Source: Desulfobacterales bacterium (lineage in GTDB: Bacteria > Desulfobacterota > Desulfobacteria > Desulfobacterales > UBA5852). From it: a stretch of 64,000 bases of DNA. Position 1 is the first letter of the stretch; the number at the start of each line of letters is the position of its first letter. The DNA is taken from positions 1,312,001 through 1,376,000 of the forward strand of contig CAXXVS010000003.1 of assembly GCA_963674755.2 (NCBI GenBank), written 5' to 3'. Below the pieces are notes generated by a model. It was not told the origin of the DNA, made no database searches, and saw nothing but the letters and a program-made list of their open reading frames with translations. Shown here in pieces: positions 42,571 through 54,528 of this stretch. Both the position numbers and the translations under genes were made by a program.

Positions 42571-42768
42571 TTAGTACGATACCCGGGGCGCTTATCGTGA
42601 TTTCGTGGACTTCCTGATTTGAAGGCATCGATTGAGGTCGACGAGAACAGGCAAATCGTCGGCAGTGCCATATCGCCAATCCAAGGGCATCAGGCCCTTT
42701 CTCTTCAGCATGACGGCTTTAAACGTTATTGTATTCCCCTATGACTGGACTTCATATTGGCAGGGTAT

Positions 42769-43233
42769 CTAATTGAAGGCCGTTTTTGCCTTGTCGAAGG
42801 CCTCGTCCAGCTTTTTCATGGCGGCATCCATGCCCGCCTTGAGCTCATCCCAGGCCTGGCCGCCGGAGGCTTTCAATTTCTCGTACTGTTCGACGGCCCC
42901 TTCCTTTTGCGCTTTTAAGGTTTGCAGGCTTGCTTCGAGTTTGGCACGGGCCTCGGCCGTCATTTCATTCGTCCCAGCCTGGATTTTATCCCCCAGCGCT
43001 TCGATGTCCCGGTCCAGTTCTTTCAACCGGGTATCCATTTTTTGCATATAGGCGTCTTTTTGCTCCTGCGTATACATTTCGGCGGTTTCCATGGCCGCGG
43101 CCGCTTGTTGTTTGACGTCCTGGGCCGTCACCTCGGATTTGGGCTTGGTCGCTTCTTCCTGATTACCGCAGGCCGTCAGGAAGGCCAGTGCCAACAAAAT
43201 GCTTATGGCCATCAGGCTTGTGTTACGCTTCAT
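42769..43233 (-). CDS. Coiled-coil lipoprotein, hypothetical
   Basis: AAGGAG RBS, lipobox LTAC, helical A/K/E/Q-rich body with AWDELKAG. Confidence 0.8.
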   Translation of the reverse strand: MKRNTSLMAISILLALAFLTACGNQEEATKPKSEVTAQDVKQQAAAAMETAEMYTQEQKDAYMQKMDTRLKELDRDIEALGDKIQAGTNEMTAEARAKLEASLQTLKAQKEGAVEQYEKLKASGGQAWDELKAGMDAAMKKLDEAFDKAKTAFN

Positions 43234-43529
43234 TATTTCTCTCCTTCGTCGGTTTTAGCATGGTGTCAGGATTAAGCTTCGGCGCGGAACCAAACCGGGT
43301 GCAGCCGATGCTAAACTATTTGATCCTAAACAAGCGCTTAATGGCCGGCAATGAGGTCAATTGCTGATATTGCAGCTGCCGGGGGCTACTCCTCGACTAT
43401 CCGTTGCCTGGCCCTCTTGTGGCGTCTGCACCGCTGTTGCGGGTTAACCCCTCCAGGCTCGCAAAAAAGCGGGAGGTGTCACGAGCCCACGGACGATGGC
43501 CATATCCCGGTTCGCCGGGAACCAGCCGT

Positions 43530-46500
43530 TCAGGAAGATGGCATGCGGGAGGTATGGCGGCGATGGAAAAGGGAATAGACCGCCGGGATCAGGACCAGCG
43601 TTATCAGGGTGGAGCCGGTGAGTCCTCCCACCACGGCGCGCGCCAGCGGGGCCTGGGCGTCGGACCCCTCGCCGATGCCCAGCGCCAGGGGCAGGAGGCC
43701 CAGGATGGTGGTCAGGGTGGTCATCAGGATGGGTCGCAGACGGCGGCGGCCGGCTTCCATGAGGGCCTCGCGGGTGGGGCGGCCTTCCTGGATCAGGCGT
43801 CCGGCCTGATCCACCAGGAGGATGGCGTTGTTCACCACGATGCCGCCCAGCATGATGCAGCCGATGTAGGACTGCACATTCAAGGTCGTGCCCGTCAGGA
43901 ACAGGGTCACCAGCACACCGATCACGGCCAGGGGCACCGAGAACATGACCACCAGCGGATCCCGCAGGGATTCGTACTGGCAGGCCAAAACCATGTAGAC
44001 CAGAACCAGGGCCAGGACGAGGGAGGTCACCAGCTCCCGGAAGGCCTTCTGCTGCTCCTCGAATTTGCCGGCCACACTCAGGTCGTAGCCCACCGGGCGC
44101 GGAATGCCGTCGAGCAGGGTCTGTACGTCGGCCGCCACCGACCCCAGGTCGCGCCCGGCCACATTGGCCGTCACCGTCACCCGCCGCTGCTGGTCCTTGC
44201 GGTCGATCAGCACGGGCCCCCGGCTGGCCTCGACGGTCACGACATTGCGCAGGGCCACTTTCTCACCCGAATCGGTGGTTAGGGTAAGATCGAGAACGTC
44301 GTCCAGGCTGCGCTTTTCCGCATTTTTGAGCTGAACCAGAATCCGGTAGGCATGGCCTTCCCGGCGATATTCGCCGGCCTTGGTGCCGGCCACGGCCGTT
44401 TGCAGCATTTCGGTGACATCGCGGATGCTCAGGCCGAGGTCGGCCACTTTATCCCGGTTGATGCGGATGTCCTGCTGAGGGATGCCGGCCTCGAGGCTGG
44501 TGTCCAGATCCGTAACCCCCGGCACCGTTATGATGAGGGCCGCGGCCCGCCGGGCCAGCGCATCGAGGGTGGCCAGATCGTAGCCGCGGATCTCCACCGT
44601 CAGCCCCTCGTCGCCGCCCAGGATGCGGTCCAGAATGAACTGACCCTGGGGGGCCCGCACACGGATTTCCATGCCGGGTACCCGGCCCGCCAGCCGGCGC
44701 CGCAGGTCTTCGGCAATGGCCACATTGGAGCGGCGGCGTTGGGCGGCCGGCACCAGGGACAAGCGGATTTCCCCTTCGGATCCGGCATTCGTCCGCCAGC
44801 CGGTGGCCCCCACTCGGACCACCCAGGCCGAGGCTTCGGGGACGGCCGGCAGAACGATCTGTTCCATGAGGCGGGCCTGGCGGTCCACCAGCTCGAGGCG
44901 GGTGCCGACTTCCATTTTACCGGTGACGCGCACCTCGCCCTCGTCGCTGGGGGGCAGAAATTCCGTGCCGATCAAGGGCAGGAGCAGCAGGCTGGCGCCC
45001 AGCAGGGCCGCCGCCGCAACGATGGTGGCAGCGCGATGGTCCAGGATCCGAGCCAGCAGACGCAGGTAAGCCGCTTCGAGGCCGGCATAGGCGGACCGCG
45101 CCGCAGCGACCAGCTGGCCGGACCGCCCACCGGGTTTGCGGGAGGAAATCTTCCCATAGGTCAGCAGGCGCGAGGCCAGCATGGGGACCAGGCTCAGGGA
45201 CAGGACCAGGGAGCAGATCAGGGCAAAGATGATCACATAGGCCAATTCCTTGAAGAGGATGCCCGCCACGCCGCGTACGAAGATCAGGGGAATAAAGATG
45301 ACAAGGGTCGTGATGGTGCTGGCGATGATGGCCGGGCCCACCTCCTGGGCGCCTTCCACCGAGGCTTCCTCGGGCGTCAGCCCGTTCTCGCTGCGGCGGC
45401 GGAAGATGTTTTCGAGCACGACGATGGAACTGTCCACCATCATGCCCACCCCCAAGGCCAGGCCTCCCAAGGTCATCAGATTGAGGGTGAATCCGCCGAA
45501 ATAGATCAGGGCAAAGGTGGCGATGATGGAGATGGGGATCGAAAGGGAAATGACCAGGGTGCTGCGGATGCTGCGCAGAAAGAAGAGCAGTACGATGATC
45601 GCCAGTCCGCCGCCGTAGAGCACCGAGCGGGCCACGTTGGCGATGGAGCGCTCGATCAGGTTGCCCTGGTTGATCACCGGGACGACGGTGACCTGGGGAA
45701 AGGCCTGGTTGATGTCTTCGATCTCTTCCAGGATACGGCGGGCGACCTCCACCGTGTTGGCGTTGGCCTGTTTGCGGATGCCCACGTACAGACCGCGTTT
45801 GCCGTTGACCCGCACGATGCGGGTCTTTTTTTCATAGGTGTCCCGGACGTCGGCGATCTGCCCCAGCCGCACGGCGGCGCCATCCTTTTGCACAATGACC
45901 GTGTCCCGAATCTGGTCCAGGCGGGTGAATTCGGCCGGTGCCCGCAGGGTGACCTCGTAGCGCCCCTGTTCGATCTTGCCGGTGGGCAGGTCCAGGTTGG
46001 CGTCCTCGATGGCCGCGATGACCTTGTCCAGGGGCAGGCCGGCGGCCTTGATGCGTTCCGGGTCCAGTCCGATGCGGATTTCCCGGTTGTAGCCCCCCCA
46101 CAGGTCCACCTGGGCGACCCCCGGGATGCGGGCAAAGCGGTAGCGGATCTGGTCTTCGATGAGCTCCGTCATCTCCACGGGATCGAGGTTGCTGGAGATG
46201 CCCAGGATGACCACCGGAAAGCTGGCGATGTCGAATTTGCTGGTGCGGGGACCGACGATATCGTCCGGCAGTTCGTTGATTTCGTCTTCGAGTTTGCTCT
46301 GGACATCGATGGCCGCCGTGTCGATGTCCGTGCCCCACACAAAGGTGACCCGTACCGTGCTGCGCCCCTCCGAGGAAGTGGAGGTGATTTCCTCCACACC
46401 GGGCACTACGGCCACGATTTCTTCGATGATGCGGGTCACCAAACGTTCCATGACCTCGGGGCTGGCCCCCTCGTAGTCCGTCCGGACGGTCAGGGTGGGC

Positions 46501-46625
46501 AGCTCGATATCGGGCAGCATGTCGATCTGCAGGCGGCTTAAGGAAACCGATCCCAGAATGACCAGAATCAGGGTCACCATGGTGGTGAAAATCGGGCGTT
46601 GGACACTGAAACGGGGCAGCTTCAT
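43530..46625 (-). CDS. RND efflux transporter permease (AcrB/MdtB-like)
   Basis: 1031 aa; [31 protein letters not shown]. Confidence 0.95.
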   Translation of the reverse strand: MKLPRFSVQRPIFTTMVTLILVILGSVSLSRLQIDMLPDIELPTLTVRTDYEGASPEVMERLVTRIIEEIVAVVPGVEEITSTSSEGRSTVRVTFVWGTDIDTAAIDVQSKLEDEINELPDDIVGPRTSKFDIASFPVVILGISSNLDPVEMTELIEDQIRYRFARIPGVAQVDLWGGYNREIRIGLDPERIKAAGLPLDKVIAAIEDANLDLPTGKIEQGRYEVTLRAPAEFTRLDQIRDTVIVQKDGAAVRLGQIADVRDTYEKKTRIVRVNGKRGLYVGIRKQANANTVEVARRILEEIEDINQAFPQVTVVPVINQGNLIERSIANVARSVLYGGGLAIIVLLFFLRSIRSTLVISLSIPISIIATFALIYFGGFTLNLMTLGGLALGVGMMVDSSIVVLENIFRRRSENGLTPEEASVEGAQEVGPAIIASTITTLVIFIPLIFVRGVAGILFKELAYVIIFALICSLVLSLSLVPMLASRLLTYGKISSRKPGGRSGQLVAAARSAYAGLEAAYLRLLARILDHRAATIVAAAALLGASLLLLPLIGTEFLPPSDEGEVRVTGKMEVGTRLELVDRQARLMEQIVLPAVPEASAWVVRVGATGWRTNAGSEGEIRLSLVPAAQRRRSNVAIAEDLRRRLAGRVPGMEIRVRAPQGQFILDRILGGDEGLTVEIRGYDLATLDALARRAAALIITVPGVTDLDTSLEAGIPQQDIRINRDKVADLGLSIRDVTEMLQTAVAGTKAGEYRREGHAYRILVQLKNAEKRSLDDVLDLTLTTDSGEKVALRNVVTVEASRGPVLIDRKDQQRRVTVTANVAGRDLGSVAADVQTLLDGIPRPVGYDLSVAGKFEEQQKAFRELVTSLVLALVLVYMVLACQYESLRDPLVVMFSVPLAVIGVLVTLFLTGTTLNVQSYIGCIMLGGIVVNNAILLVDQAGRLIQEGRPTREALMEAGRRRLRPILMTTLTTILGLLPLALGIGEGSDAQAPLARAVVGGLTGSTLITLVLIPAVYSLFHRRHTSRMPSS

Positions 46626-47842
46626 GGGGTCTCCGCCCCTTTGCGGTCGGCGGCCGGTGTTTCCTGATCGGATGCAATCGTAATGCGGGCGCCGTCATCC
46701 ACCAGTTGTTGTCCGATGACCACCACACGTCCCGTCAGTCCCCGGCCCTCCACCTGCACCCGGTCGCCCGCGCGGATGCCCACCGCCACTTCGCGCCAGC
46801 GCACGGACTGGCCGTCTCCGCTGACCACGAAAACCCCGGTCTGGTCGTTGCGCTCAGTCAGGGCCTGCTCCGGGACGATGACGGCATCGGCGATCCGGGC
46901 GAGTTCGACGGTGGCCTGGATGAACATGCCGGGTTTGAGACGATGTTGGGGGTTGTCGATGGTCATCTCGATGCGAGCCTGGCGGGTCGCCGTCCGGAAG
47001 ACCGGGGCGATACGCACGATGCGGCCGGCAAAAGTCTCCCCCGGAAAGGCCTCCGTGGTTAGGGACACGATTTGGCCGGGCTGCATACGGGCGTAGTCCC
47101 GCTCGGTCACGAAAACGACTCCCAGGATGGGATCCAGTTCGACGATCATCAGAATGGGCGCGTTGGCGGCCAAGGTCTGGCCCTCGTCCACGTAGCGTTC
47201 GGCCACCACCCGCTCCACGTCGTCCCCGCTCCAGCCGGCCGTCACCCGGGTGTAGCCCAGGCGGATGTTGGCGCTTTCCAGGGCCGAGACGGATTTCGTG
47301 GCCTGGGCCTCGGCCACGGCCAACTGAGCCCGTTTGACCAGCAGCTCCTGGCGGGCCGCATCGAGTTCCGAATCGGAAGCGATGCCCCGTTTGCGCAGGG
47401 ATTCGGTGCGTTTGAATTCGCGATTGGCGATCTCCAAGACGTTTTGGGCCTCGGAGAGATTGGCCTGGGCCACGGCCAGGTCGGCCCGGGCCTGGGCCAC
47501 GGCCTGGACATATTCGTCATTGTCGAGTTCGGCCACCACCTGGCCCTGCTGGACCGTATCGGCAATGTTGACCAGCACGCGCTCGACCCGGCCGCTGACT
47601 TTGGGGGCTACCACGAATTCCGCCAGGGCTTCCAGCTCGCCGCTGAAGACGCGCTTGAGGGCGATGGGGCCGTGTTCGATGGGAGCCACTTCTACCGGAG
47701 TGGGCCGTGCCGCCGGCCCCTGACCGTCGGTCGCCATGCGCTCCTGCACCGCACGGTAGGCGATCCAGCCTAAAACCGCGACGGCCATCAGAACCGCCGC
47801 CGGAATCATGCGTTTGGAAACGAACGATGTCATGAGCAACAT
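46622..47842 (-). CDS. RND periplasmic adaptor (membrane fusion protein)
   Basis: N-terminal TM, lipoyl-like PKVSGRV, coiled coil, LKPGMF. Confidence 0.92.
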   Translation of the reverse strand: MLLMTSFVSKRMIPAAVLMAVAVLGWIAYRAVQERMATDGQGPAARPTPVEVAPIEHGPIALKRVFSGELEALAEFVVAPKVSGRVERVLVNIADTVQQGQVVAELDNDEYVQAVAQARADLAVAQANLSEAQNVLEIANREFKRTESLRKRGIASDSELDAARQELLVKRAQLAVAEAQATKSVSALESANIRLGYTRVTAGWSGDDVERVVAERYVDEGQTLAANAPILMIVELDPILGVVFVTERDYARMQPGQIVSLTTEAFPGETFAGRIVRIAPVFRTATRQARIEMTIDNPQHRLKPGMFIQATVELARIADAVIVPEQALTERNDQTGVFVVSGDGQSVRWREVAVGIRAGDRVQVEGRGLTGRVVVIGQQLVDDGARITIASDQETPAADRKGAETP

Positions 47843-48192
47843 CCTTTGGTCAGTGTCGGCATGGGGACCTCTTCAGAGAATCTTAGCGTGGCGGACGCCG
47901 CGCCGCCGTCAATGAACCGACCGGATCACCATCCCTTCCGGTGGCCGTATTGACACCGCAACATTGTGCTTTTTCATGAATCTTTGCAACGCAAAAATGG
48001 CGGCAAACGAAATGGCGAACGGAGGAGAAGGCCGCACTGGAAGAGCTTCGTGCCGGGCGGGTGATTCTCCCGGTAGTTTTTCATTGTCAGGATGAAGGCG
48101 GAACCGCTATAGGATGGCAACCGCTCCAATAACCGTTTGAAGGGTCGCCCCGGCATCCCCGGAGCAGGGGCGGCGCATGGGAACGATACCTG

Positions 48193-49833
48193 ATGTGGAT
48201 CCCCAATTGCCATCGTCCAGCCCTGTTGATGCTCGTCCTTCTTGTTTTGCCGATCGCAGCGTCCTGCGCGCTGACCGCCTATCCCGTCGACCGTATGGCG
48301 GGAGGGCCCAATGTGCCCGCCGATACGACGATCCGCATGACACCGCCGATGGACGATCAGGACTCGGCGCAAACGGCCTCCCCTTTGCCCCGGGGCCCCC
48401 TGAACCTCACGGTGACCGAAGCGATTTTGATGAGTCTTGAAAACAATCGCGCCCTGGTGGTCCAGCGTTTGAATCCCGCCATCACCCAGACTTTCGAGGA
48501 TCAGGCGCGCGCGGTTTTCGATCCGACGGTGGATGCCGAGATCTCCACGGGCCGGGTCAAAGGGCAGCGCCAGGCCCGCTCGGGGTCGCAAACCGAGGAT
48601 TACACCACGGACACCACCGAGGGGCTGATCGTGCTCGATCAGTATTTTCCGACCGGCACCACGGTGGCCCTGGAGGCGGACACGCGCGGGTCGGACTCCT
48701 CCCTCTACGACGATCCGTTTTACGCCACCCGCCTGGGGATGACGGTGACCCAGGCGCTGCTGCGTGGCTTGGGACCGGAGGCCAACCTCGCGCGCCTGCG
48801 CCAGGCCCGCCTGGATACCCGCCTGTCGGAATTCGAGCTGCGGGGGTATACCGAATCGCTGGTGGCGGACGTGGAACGCACTTGCTGGGACTATGCCCTG
48901 GCCCGGCGCCAGATCGAAATCGTCGAGGAATCCCTCAAGGTGGCCCGGCAGCAGCGCGACGAAACCCGGGAGCTGATCGCCGTGGGCCGTTTGGCCGAAG
49001 CCGAGCTGCCCGCGGTCCAGGCCGAGGTAGCGGCCCAGGAACAGGCCCTGATCGAAGCCCGGGCCAACAAGGAGTCCATCCGTCTTCAACTGCTGCGATT
49101 GCTCAACCCCCCCGGCCCCGGCATCTGGGAGCGTGAGGTGACGGTGGTCCACCCGCCGACCCTGCCGGACATCCCCCTGGAGGAAGTGACCCGCTATGTC
49201 GCCGTGGCCCAGCGCATGCGCCCGATTTTAAACGAGGCCCGGCTGAAGTTGCAGCGCGGCGATCTGGAACTCGTCAAAACCCGCAACGGGCTGTTGCCTT
49301 TGATGGATCTTTTCGTCACCCTCGGTAAAAGCGGCTATGCCGACGCCTTCGGGGACTCCGTCGACCACCTGGATGACGGCAACTACGACATCCTAGGCGG
49401 CGTACGCTTCCAGTATCCCTTCATCAATCGGGACGCTGAGGCCGCCCACCGGCGCGCCCGGCTGAGCCGCACCCAGTCCCAGGATGCCCTCGCCAATCTG
49501 TCCCAACTCGTGGAAGTGGATGTGCGTACGGCCTATATCGAAGTCACCCGCACCCAACAGCAGATCGCGGCCACCAAGGTCACCCGCCAGTTCAATGAGG
49601 AAAAACTGCGTACCGAAACCGAAAAGCTGCGTGTGGGGAAATCCATCAGCTTCCTGGTGGCGCAGGCCCAGCGGGACCTGCTGGCCAGCCGCATTGCCGA
49701 GGTGCAGGCCCTGGCCAACTATCTGAAGGCCCTCATCGATCTTTACCAGCAGGACGGCTCCCTCCTGGAGCGCCACGGCATCGTCGCGCCCGGCCGCGAG
49801 CCCGTTAAGCAGACGGACGCCCGCCATCCCTGA
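48193..49833 (+). CDS. TolC family outer membrane protein
   Basis: Signal peptide with possible lipid Cys, SLENN, TQALLRG, helical repeats, AQAQRDL; divergent from the RND genes. Confidence 0.88.
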   Translation: MWIPNCHRPALLMLVLLVLPIAASCALTAYPVDRMAGGPNVPADTTIRMTPPMDDQDSAQTASPLPRGPLNLTVTEAILMSLENNRALVVQRLNPAITQTFEDQARAVFDPTVDAEISTGRVKGQRQARSGSQTEDYTTDTTEGLIVLDQYFPTGTTVALEADTRGSDSSLYDDPFYATRLGMTVTQALLRGLGPEANLARLRQARLDTRLSEFELRGYTESLVADVERTCWDYALARRQIEIVEESLKVARQQRDETRELIAVGRLAEAELPAVQAEVAAQEQALIEARANKESIRLQLLRLLNPPGPGIWEREVTVVHPPTLPDIPLEEVTRYVAVAQRMRPILNEARLKLQRGDLELVKTRNGLLPLMDLFVTLGKSGYADAFGDSVDHLDDGNYDILGGVRFQYPFINRDAEAAHRRARLSRTQSQDALANLSQLVEVDVRTAYIEVTRTQQQIAATKVTRQFNEEKLRTETEKLRVGKSISFLVAQAQRDLLASRIAEVQALANYLKALIDLYQQDGSLLERHGIVAPGREPVKQTDARHP

Positions 49834-50258
49834 TGGGCGATGAATAATGGCCTGGCCTCCGTGATCCTTTTTCGGCCCAATGTTACCGCTTAGATCTGAA
49901 ATTTTGATCTCCTAAAATACCTCACAGTTCCAACCCGAATAAGGTCTTTACCTCATACCCTTTTTTCCCGTTCTGGTTTCGCATATTCTTCATGGGCTGG
50001 CGGGGGTGTGCGTCAGGCTCCCCTTCCGCGCGTCCCGACGCTTCGGTCATACAAAGCAACTATATATAACGAATGGAGAGATGGAGATGGCCCTTTAACC
50101 ACCGGCAGAACCCGATTGGGGCGAGTCGTTTCGATAGGTGGGAGGCCCGCCGGCCGGGCTGCGGACCCCGCCTTTCATATGGGCGTCGTTGCACGCACCG
50201 CTACACGGTTTGATGCCCATCGGGGTTGCCGCTCAGACGCAATCCGGAGGCTGATGCC

Positions 50259-51437
50259 ATGGAAAGGATAGGGAACAGGGTACAGGGAGGGGCCCGGGCG
50301 GCGCCGATAAAAAAGTCCGGGGTGCAAGAAACCGTACAAAAAATATTTGCGCGAGCCGATGTCCGCCTGGATGGTGCGCGTCCATGGGATTTGCGTGTGC
50401 GCAACCCGGACTTTGCCGGCAGGTTGCTGGCCGGCGGTTCGCTTGCGCTGGGAGAGAGCTACATGGACGGCTGGTGGAGCTGCCAGGCGCTCGACCAATT
50501 GTTCGACCGCATCCTTAGGGCCGGCGTGGATCACGAAGCGCCCCGCAATGTCGCTTCCATTTGGCATGCGGCCAAAGCGAAAATTGTCAATCGGCAGTGC
50601 AAATCGAGAGCCGGGCTGGTCGGCAAGCGTCATTACGATCTCGGCAACCGGTTGTTCCGGCACATGCTCGATAAACGCATGATCTACTCCTGCGCTTTCT
50701 GGGATCATGCGTCGACCCTGGATGAAGCCCAGGAAAACAAGCTGGAGCTCATCTGCCGGAAGATCGATTTGAAACCCGGCATGCGGGTGCTGGACATCGG
50801 CTGTGGCTGGGGCGGATTCGCCCGCTGGGCGGCTGAAAAATACGATGCCCGCGTGCTGGGTCTGACGGTTTCGCGTGAACAGGCGACCTATGCCAGGGAG
50901 CACAGCCGCGGCCTCGATGTCGCCATCGAACTCAAGGATTACCGTGACCTGGAGGGCCAGTTCGACCGGGTCGTATCCATCGGGATGATGGAGCACGTGG
51001 GCGCGAAAAACTATCGCACCTACATGCAGGTGCTGCATCGCAGCTTGAAGCCGAGCGGGCTGTGCCTGGTGCAGACGATCGGGGGCAATACCTCGGTGAG
51101 CACCACCGACCCCTGGATCGACCGCTACATCTTCCCCAACTCGATGCTGCCCTCCATCCGTCAGATCGCCGCGGCCAGCGAAGGTCTGCTGGTGATGGAA
51201 GACTGGCACAGCTTCGGCACCCACTACGACCGAACCCTGATGGCCTGGCATCGCAATTTCACCCGCAACTGGTCGAATCTCAAAGACCTATACGATGAAC
51301 GCTTCTACCGTATGTGGACCTATTATCTCCTCTCCTGTGCAGGCAGCTTCCGCGCACGCCGGAATCAATTGTGGCAGATCGTTTTTTCCAAAGACGGCCT
51401 GCGGGGGGGATATGCCTATCACCGTGCGCTCGGATGA
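50259..51437 (+). CDS. cfa: Cyclopropane fatty acyl phospholipid synthase
   Basis: LGESYMDGWW, HYDLGN, LDIGCGWG, YLLSCAGSFRAR. Confidence 0.95.
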   Translation: MERIGNRVQGGARAAPIKKSGVQETVQKIFARADVRLDGARPWDLRVRNPDFAGRLLAGGSLALGESYMDGWWSCQALDQLFDRILRAGVDHEAPRNVASIWHAAKAKIVNRQCKSRAGLVGKRHYDLGNRLFRHMLDKRMIYSCAFWDHASTLDEAQENKLELICRKIDLKPGMRVLDIGCGWGGFARWAAEKYDARVLGLTVSREQATYAREHSRGLDVAIELKDYRDLEGQFDRVVSIGMMEHVGAKNYRTYMQVLHRSLKPSGLCLVQTIGGNTSVSTTDPWIDRYIFPNSMLPSIRQIAAASEGLLVMEDWHSFGTHYDRTLMAWHRNFTRNWSNLKDLYDERFYRMWTYYLLSCAGSFRARRNQLWQIVFSKDGLRGGYAYHRALG

Positions 51438-51552
51438 GGGTGCCTGCTCTGGCCCCGGGCGATGTCGCGCCTGGTTGGGGAGGGAAAACCGGTGTCGGAT
51501 CGAACAAGTGGGATGGTCCTCCTAGGAGGACGTGGGATGATGGCGACCGCCC

Positions 51553-51882
51553 TCAGGTATCCTTCAGGCGTTCCAGGATGCGGACCCCTACCAACCGGAC
51601 CCCTTTGTAGCGGCTATGTTCTTTATCGGTGATGTGGCGAATTTGGACTTTATAGGCCCCATGGGGTTTCGCACCCTGGGGGGAGATAAAGTTGACCTCC
51701 ATCACCTGACCGACCTCGATCAGCTTGAGGAAGGCCGAGCTTTCATGGACCACGAGTCCCGCCCCCTGCGGGGAGACATCGGCGACCTTGAACTGGTAGA
51801 TCGGCTGGGCCACCAGCTTGATTTCAGCCCGGTGGTTCCTGAGCTTGGGGGAGCGGATCTCGGAGCGCTTTTCTTCTTCCAT
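51553..51882 (-). CDS. PilZ-like domain protein
   Basis: EKRSEIR (RxxxR) and DVSPQG (DxSxxG) motifs. Confidence 0.72.
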   Translation of the reverse strand: MEEEKRSEIRSPKLRNHRAEIKLVAQPIYQFKVADVSPQGAGLVVHESSAFLKLIEVGQVMEVNFISPQGAKPHGAYKVQIRHITDKEHSRYKGVRLVGVRILERLKDT

Positions 51883-52490
51883 GGCCATCGTGCGATCGTA
51901 AGTCTTGCCGTCGATTCGCTTCAACGTGCGTGTCAGGTTTCGTGGGGTATGCGCCTGACCACCCTTGGGGGTATTGTCCCATTGGATACCATCGTTTGGG
52001 CGTCGGTTCAAATGGAAAATGCGCCTGACGAGCGCCCTGCAAGCTCGTTGCGCCGTGCCCAAGGCCGTCTGTTGTGCAGAAGGCGCCGCACTCGAACCTG
52101 ATGGTCACCGATCCGAAGGGGCAGGGGAAGAAAAGCAGGGGGCCCTTAAATCCAGCGCGATTGTCCTTCCAGAGGAGCTGTCGCAAGACCATATGAGGAG
52201 GTTGAAAAGGAAGCTATTTTGCCGTTGGCGGCAAAAGATCAAACGGCTATGTGGCCCGTAACCCAACGTTATATCATCCGTTTTATTTTCAGATGACGTG
52301 GACTATAGCGAAATTTGATAGTGCTAAATGGAACCTGATCCCGCGCCCGGGCGAAACAACAGGTGAAGAAACGGATTGCCCCGCGGCCGGCAGTGGTCTA
52401 ATCTAACGATATCTCCGTAATGACAGCGCCGTTGGCGAAACATCCTAGCGAGGTCTCAGTTTGCCTTTTCCCCCTGGTCCCACATCCATC

Positions 52491-54410
52491 ATGAAGAACG
52501 GCATTTCCCTGCGGTCGGAGCCTCTGAAGAGCAATCTCCTCTATGGCGCGTTTGCCGGTGTAACGGTGGTTTCTTTATATGCCGTTCACCTTTACAGCTT
52601 TTTGTTGTTTCACGTCCTGGTCGAAATTTTCAGCGTCGTCGTGGCCTTCGCGATTTTTATGTTTGCCTGGAACACCCGGGATAAAATCGCCAACAAGAGT
52701 CTCATTCTGCTGGGGGCGGCGTATCTGGCCATCGGCGTCCTCGATCTGCTGCACACCTTCAGCTATAAAGGGATGGGCGTATTCGCAAACTACGGGGCCA
52801 ATACCGCGACCCAGTTGTGGATCGCCGCCCGCTATATGGAAAGTATCACGCTGGCCATCGCGCCCCTGCTGGTCGCGCGCAAAATCACCATGCCCCGTGC
52901 CCTGGCCGCTTATCTTACGCTGCTGGCGCTGATCATCGCGACGATTTTTATCGGGCCGGTTTTCCCCACCTGTTATGTGGACGGCGTGGGGCTGACCCGC
53001 TTTAAGGTGGTCAGCGAGTATATCATTACCGCCATCCTGTTGATCAGCCTGGTCAGTCTGGCGGCTCAAAAAAAACATTTTGACGGCGGTATTTTTCGCA
53101 TGCTGACCGTTTCGATCGTGTTGACCATGGTCTCCGAGCTGATGTTCACATTTTACATCAGCGTCTACGGCATCTCCAACCTCGTGGGGCATTTCTTCAA
53201 ACTGGGTTCCTTCGTCCTGATCTACAGGGCGATCATCGAAACAGGCCTGCAGCGGCCCTACAAGCTGCTTTTCAGGGAGTTGGCCCAAAGCGAGAAACGC
53301 TATCGGCAGCTGGTGGATACGCTGCCCACCGGCCTTTGTGAAATCGATCCCGCTTTTCACATCCGCTATATCAATCCGGCCGGGTTGGCCCTTATCGGCT
53401 ATGACGCGGAAGATATCGAGCGCGGCGTTCACTTGAACACGCTGCTGGATTCGGAAGACCGGGCCAAGGCGCAACGGCGGTTGGCGATGCTGCGCCGCGA
53501 CCGGCCCATCGTCAGCACCGAATACCGGCTTTGCCGCAAGAATGGGAAAACGGCCGAGGTCCTCGTCAATTCGACGCCGATCGTGCAGGACGGCGAACTC
53601 AAGGCCATCCAGACCAGTTTAACCGATGTGACCGAACTCCACCATCTGCAACGGCGGCTGTATGAGGCCCGCAAGATGGAGGCCGTGACGATTCTGGCCG
53701 GCGGCATGGCGCACGAGATCAACAATGTATTGATGGGCGTCATTGGCGGCATCGATCTCATCCGATTGTGTGCGGTCGATCACACGCTGGAGGAATCCGA
53801 TTTCGAGGATGTGCATAAGGGCTGCGCCCGTATTGCCGAGTTGGTGCGAAAGCTTCTGGCCTATTCCCAGGGCGGCCGCTACCGCTTGGAAGTCATCGAT
53901 CTGCGGGAATTCATGCCCGAGGCGTTGTCCGAATTGGCGAAAACCGTCAACCCCGGGATTTCTCTGACCTGTCACCTGGACGACCACATGCCCCCCATAC
54001 AGGCCGATCCGTTGCAATTGCAGCTCGTATTGAACGAGATCGTCGCCAATGCCAAAGAGGCCCTCGACGATGCGGGGCAGATCGAGATTGATTTCCAACC
54101 CCGCACGGTAGATGCCGATCAGGCCCGGCAGCGTCCGGGGATGCAGCCGGGACACTATATCCGCCTCCGTGTGCGGGATGACGGTAAAGGCATGGACCGC
54201 GAAACGCGATCCCATATTTTCGAGCCGTTTTTTTCGACCCATTTCCCCGGCCGCGGCATGGGAATGGCCGCGGTTTACGGGATTGTCAAGAATCACGGCG
54301 GCTGGATCGGGGTCGACTCACACAAGGGCCGGGGAACGACGGTACGTGTCTATTTGCCGGTGGCCTATGAATTCCCGCAGGCCCAAGGACAGCGTCAAGC
54401 CGCGGGATAA
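52491..54410 (+). CDS. MASE3-PAS sensor histidine kinase
   Basis: FHVLVEIFS, DLLHTFSYKGM, TQLWIAAR, GHFFK; PAS; GMAHEINN; GRGMGMA. Confidence 0.9.
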   Translation: MKNGISLRSEPLKSNLLYGAFAGVTVVSLYAVHLYSFLLFHVLVEIFSVVVAFAIFMFAWNTRDKIANKSLILLGAAYLAIGVLDLLHTFSYKGMGVFANYGANTATQLWIAARYMESITLAIAPLLVARKITMPRALAAYLTLLALIIATIFIGPVFPTCYVDGVGLTRFKVVSEYIITAILLISLVSLAAQKKHFDGGIFRMLTVSIVLTMVSELMFTFYISVYGISNLVGHFFKLGSFVLIYRAIIETGLQRPYKLLFRELAQSEKRYRQLVDTLPTGLCEIDPAFHIRYINPAGLALIGYDAEDIERGVHLNTLLDSEDRAKAQRRLAMLRRDRPIVSTEYRLCRKNGKTAEVLVNSTPIVQDGELKAIQTSLTDVTELHHLQRRLYEARKMEAVTILAGGMAHEINNVLMGVIGGIDLIRLCAVDHTLEESDFEDVHKGCARIAELVRKLLAYSQGGRYRLEVIDLREFMPEALSELAKTVNPGISLTCHLDDHMPPIQADPLQLQLVLNEIVANAKEALDDAGQIEIDFQPRTVDADQARQRPGMQPGHYIRLRVRDDGKGMDRETRSHIFEPFFSTHFPGRGMGMAAVYGIVKNHGGWIGVDSHKGRGTTVRVYLPVAYEFPQAQGQRQAAG

Positions 54411-54528
54411 GCGCCGCTTCAGCGGCGGATGGTCTCTCCCGTCCCTCATGGGATCAAGGCAGGATGGATTTGATCCCGACGACATCATTTCCCGCCAGGG
54501 GCCTAAAGATGCCATTTATGGCGAGGCC

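Noticed and set aside
47990..48080. Purine-rich stem-loops between the RND adaptor and TolC genes as a riboswitch
   Set aside because: No convincing match to ZTP or c-di-GMP consensus; stems are short for GC-rich DNA.
50075..50130. GGAGATGG...AACC upstream of cfa resembling a fluoride riboswitch
   Set aside because: P1 complement and the 3' pseudoknot motif are absent; gene context does not fit.
52340..52440. Partial resemblance to the P3 arm of a c-di-GMP-I riboswitch (GGTCTAA...ATGACAGC) between the PilZ and MASE3 kinase genes
   Set aside because: No pairing P2 stem with a GNRA loop and no GACGCAAA junction; it would need an Infernal hit.
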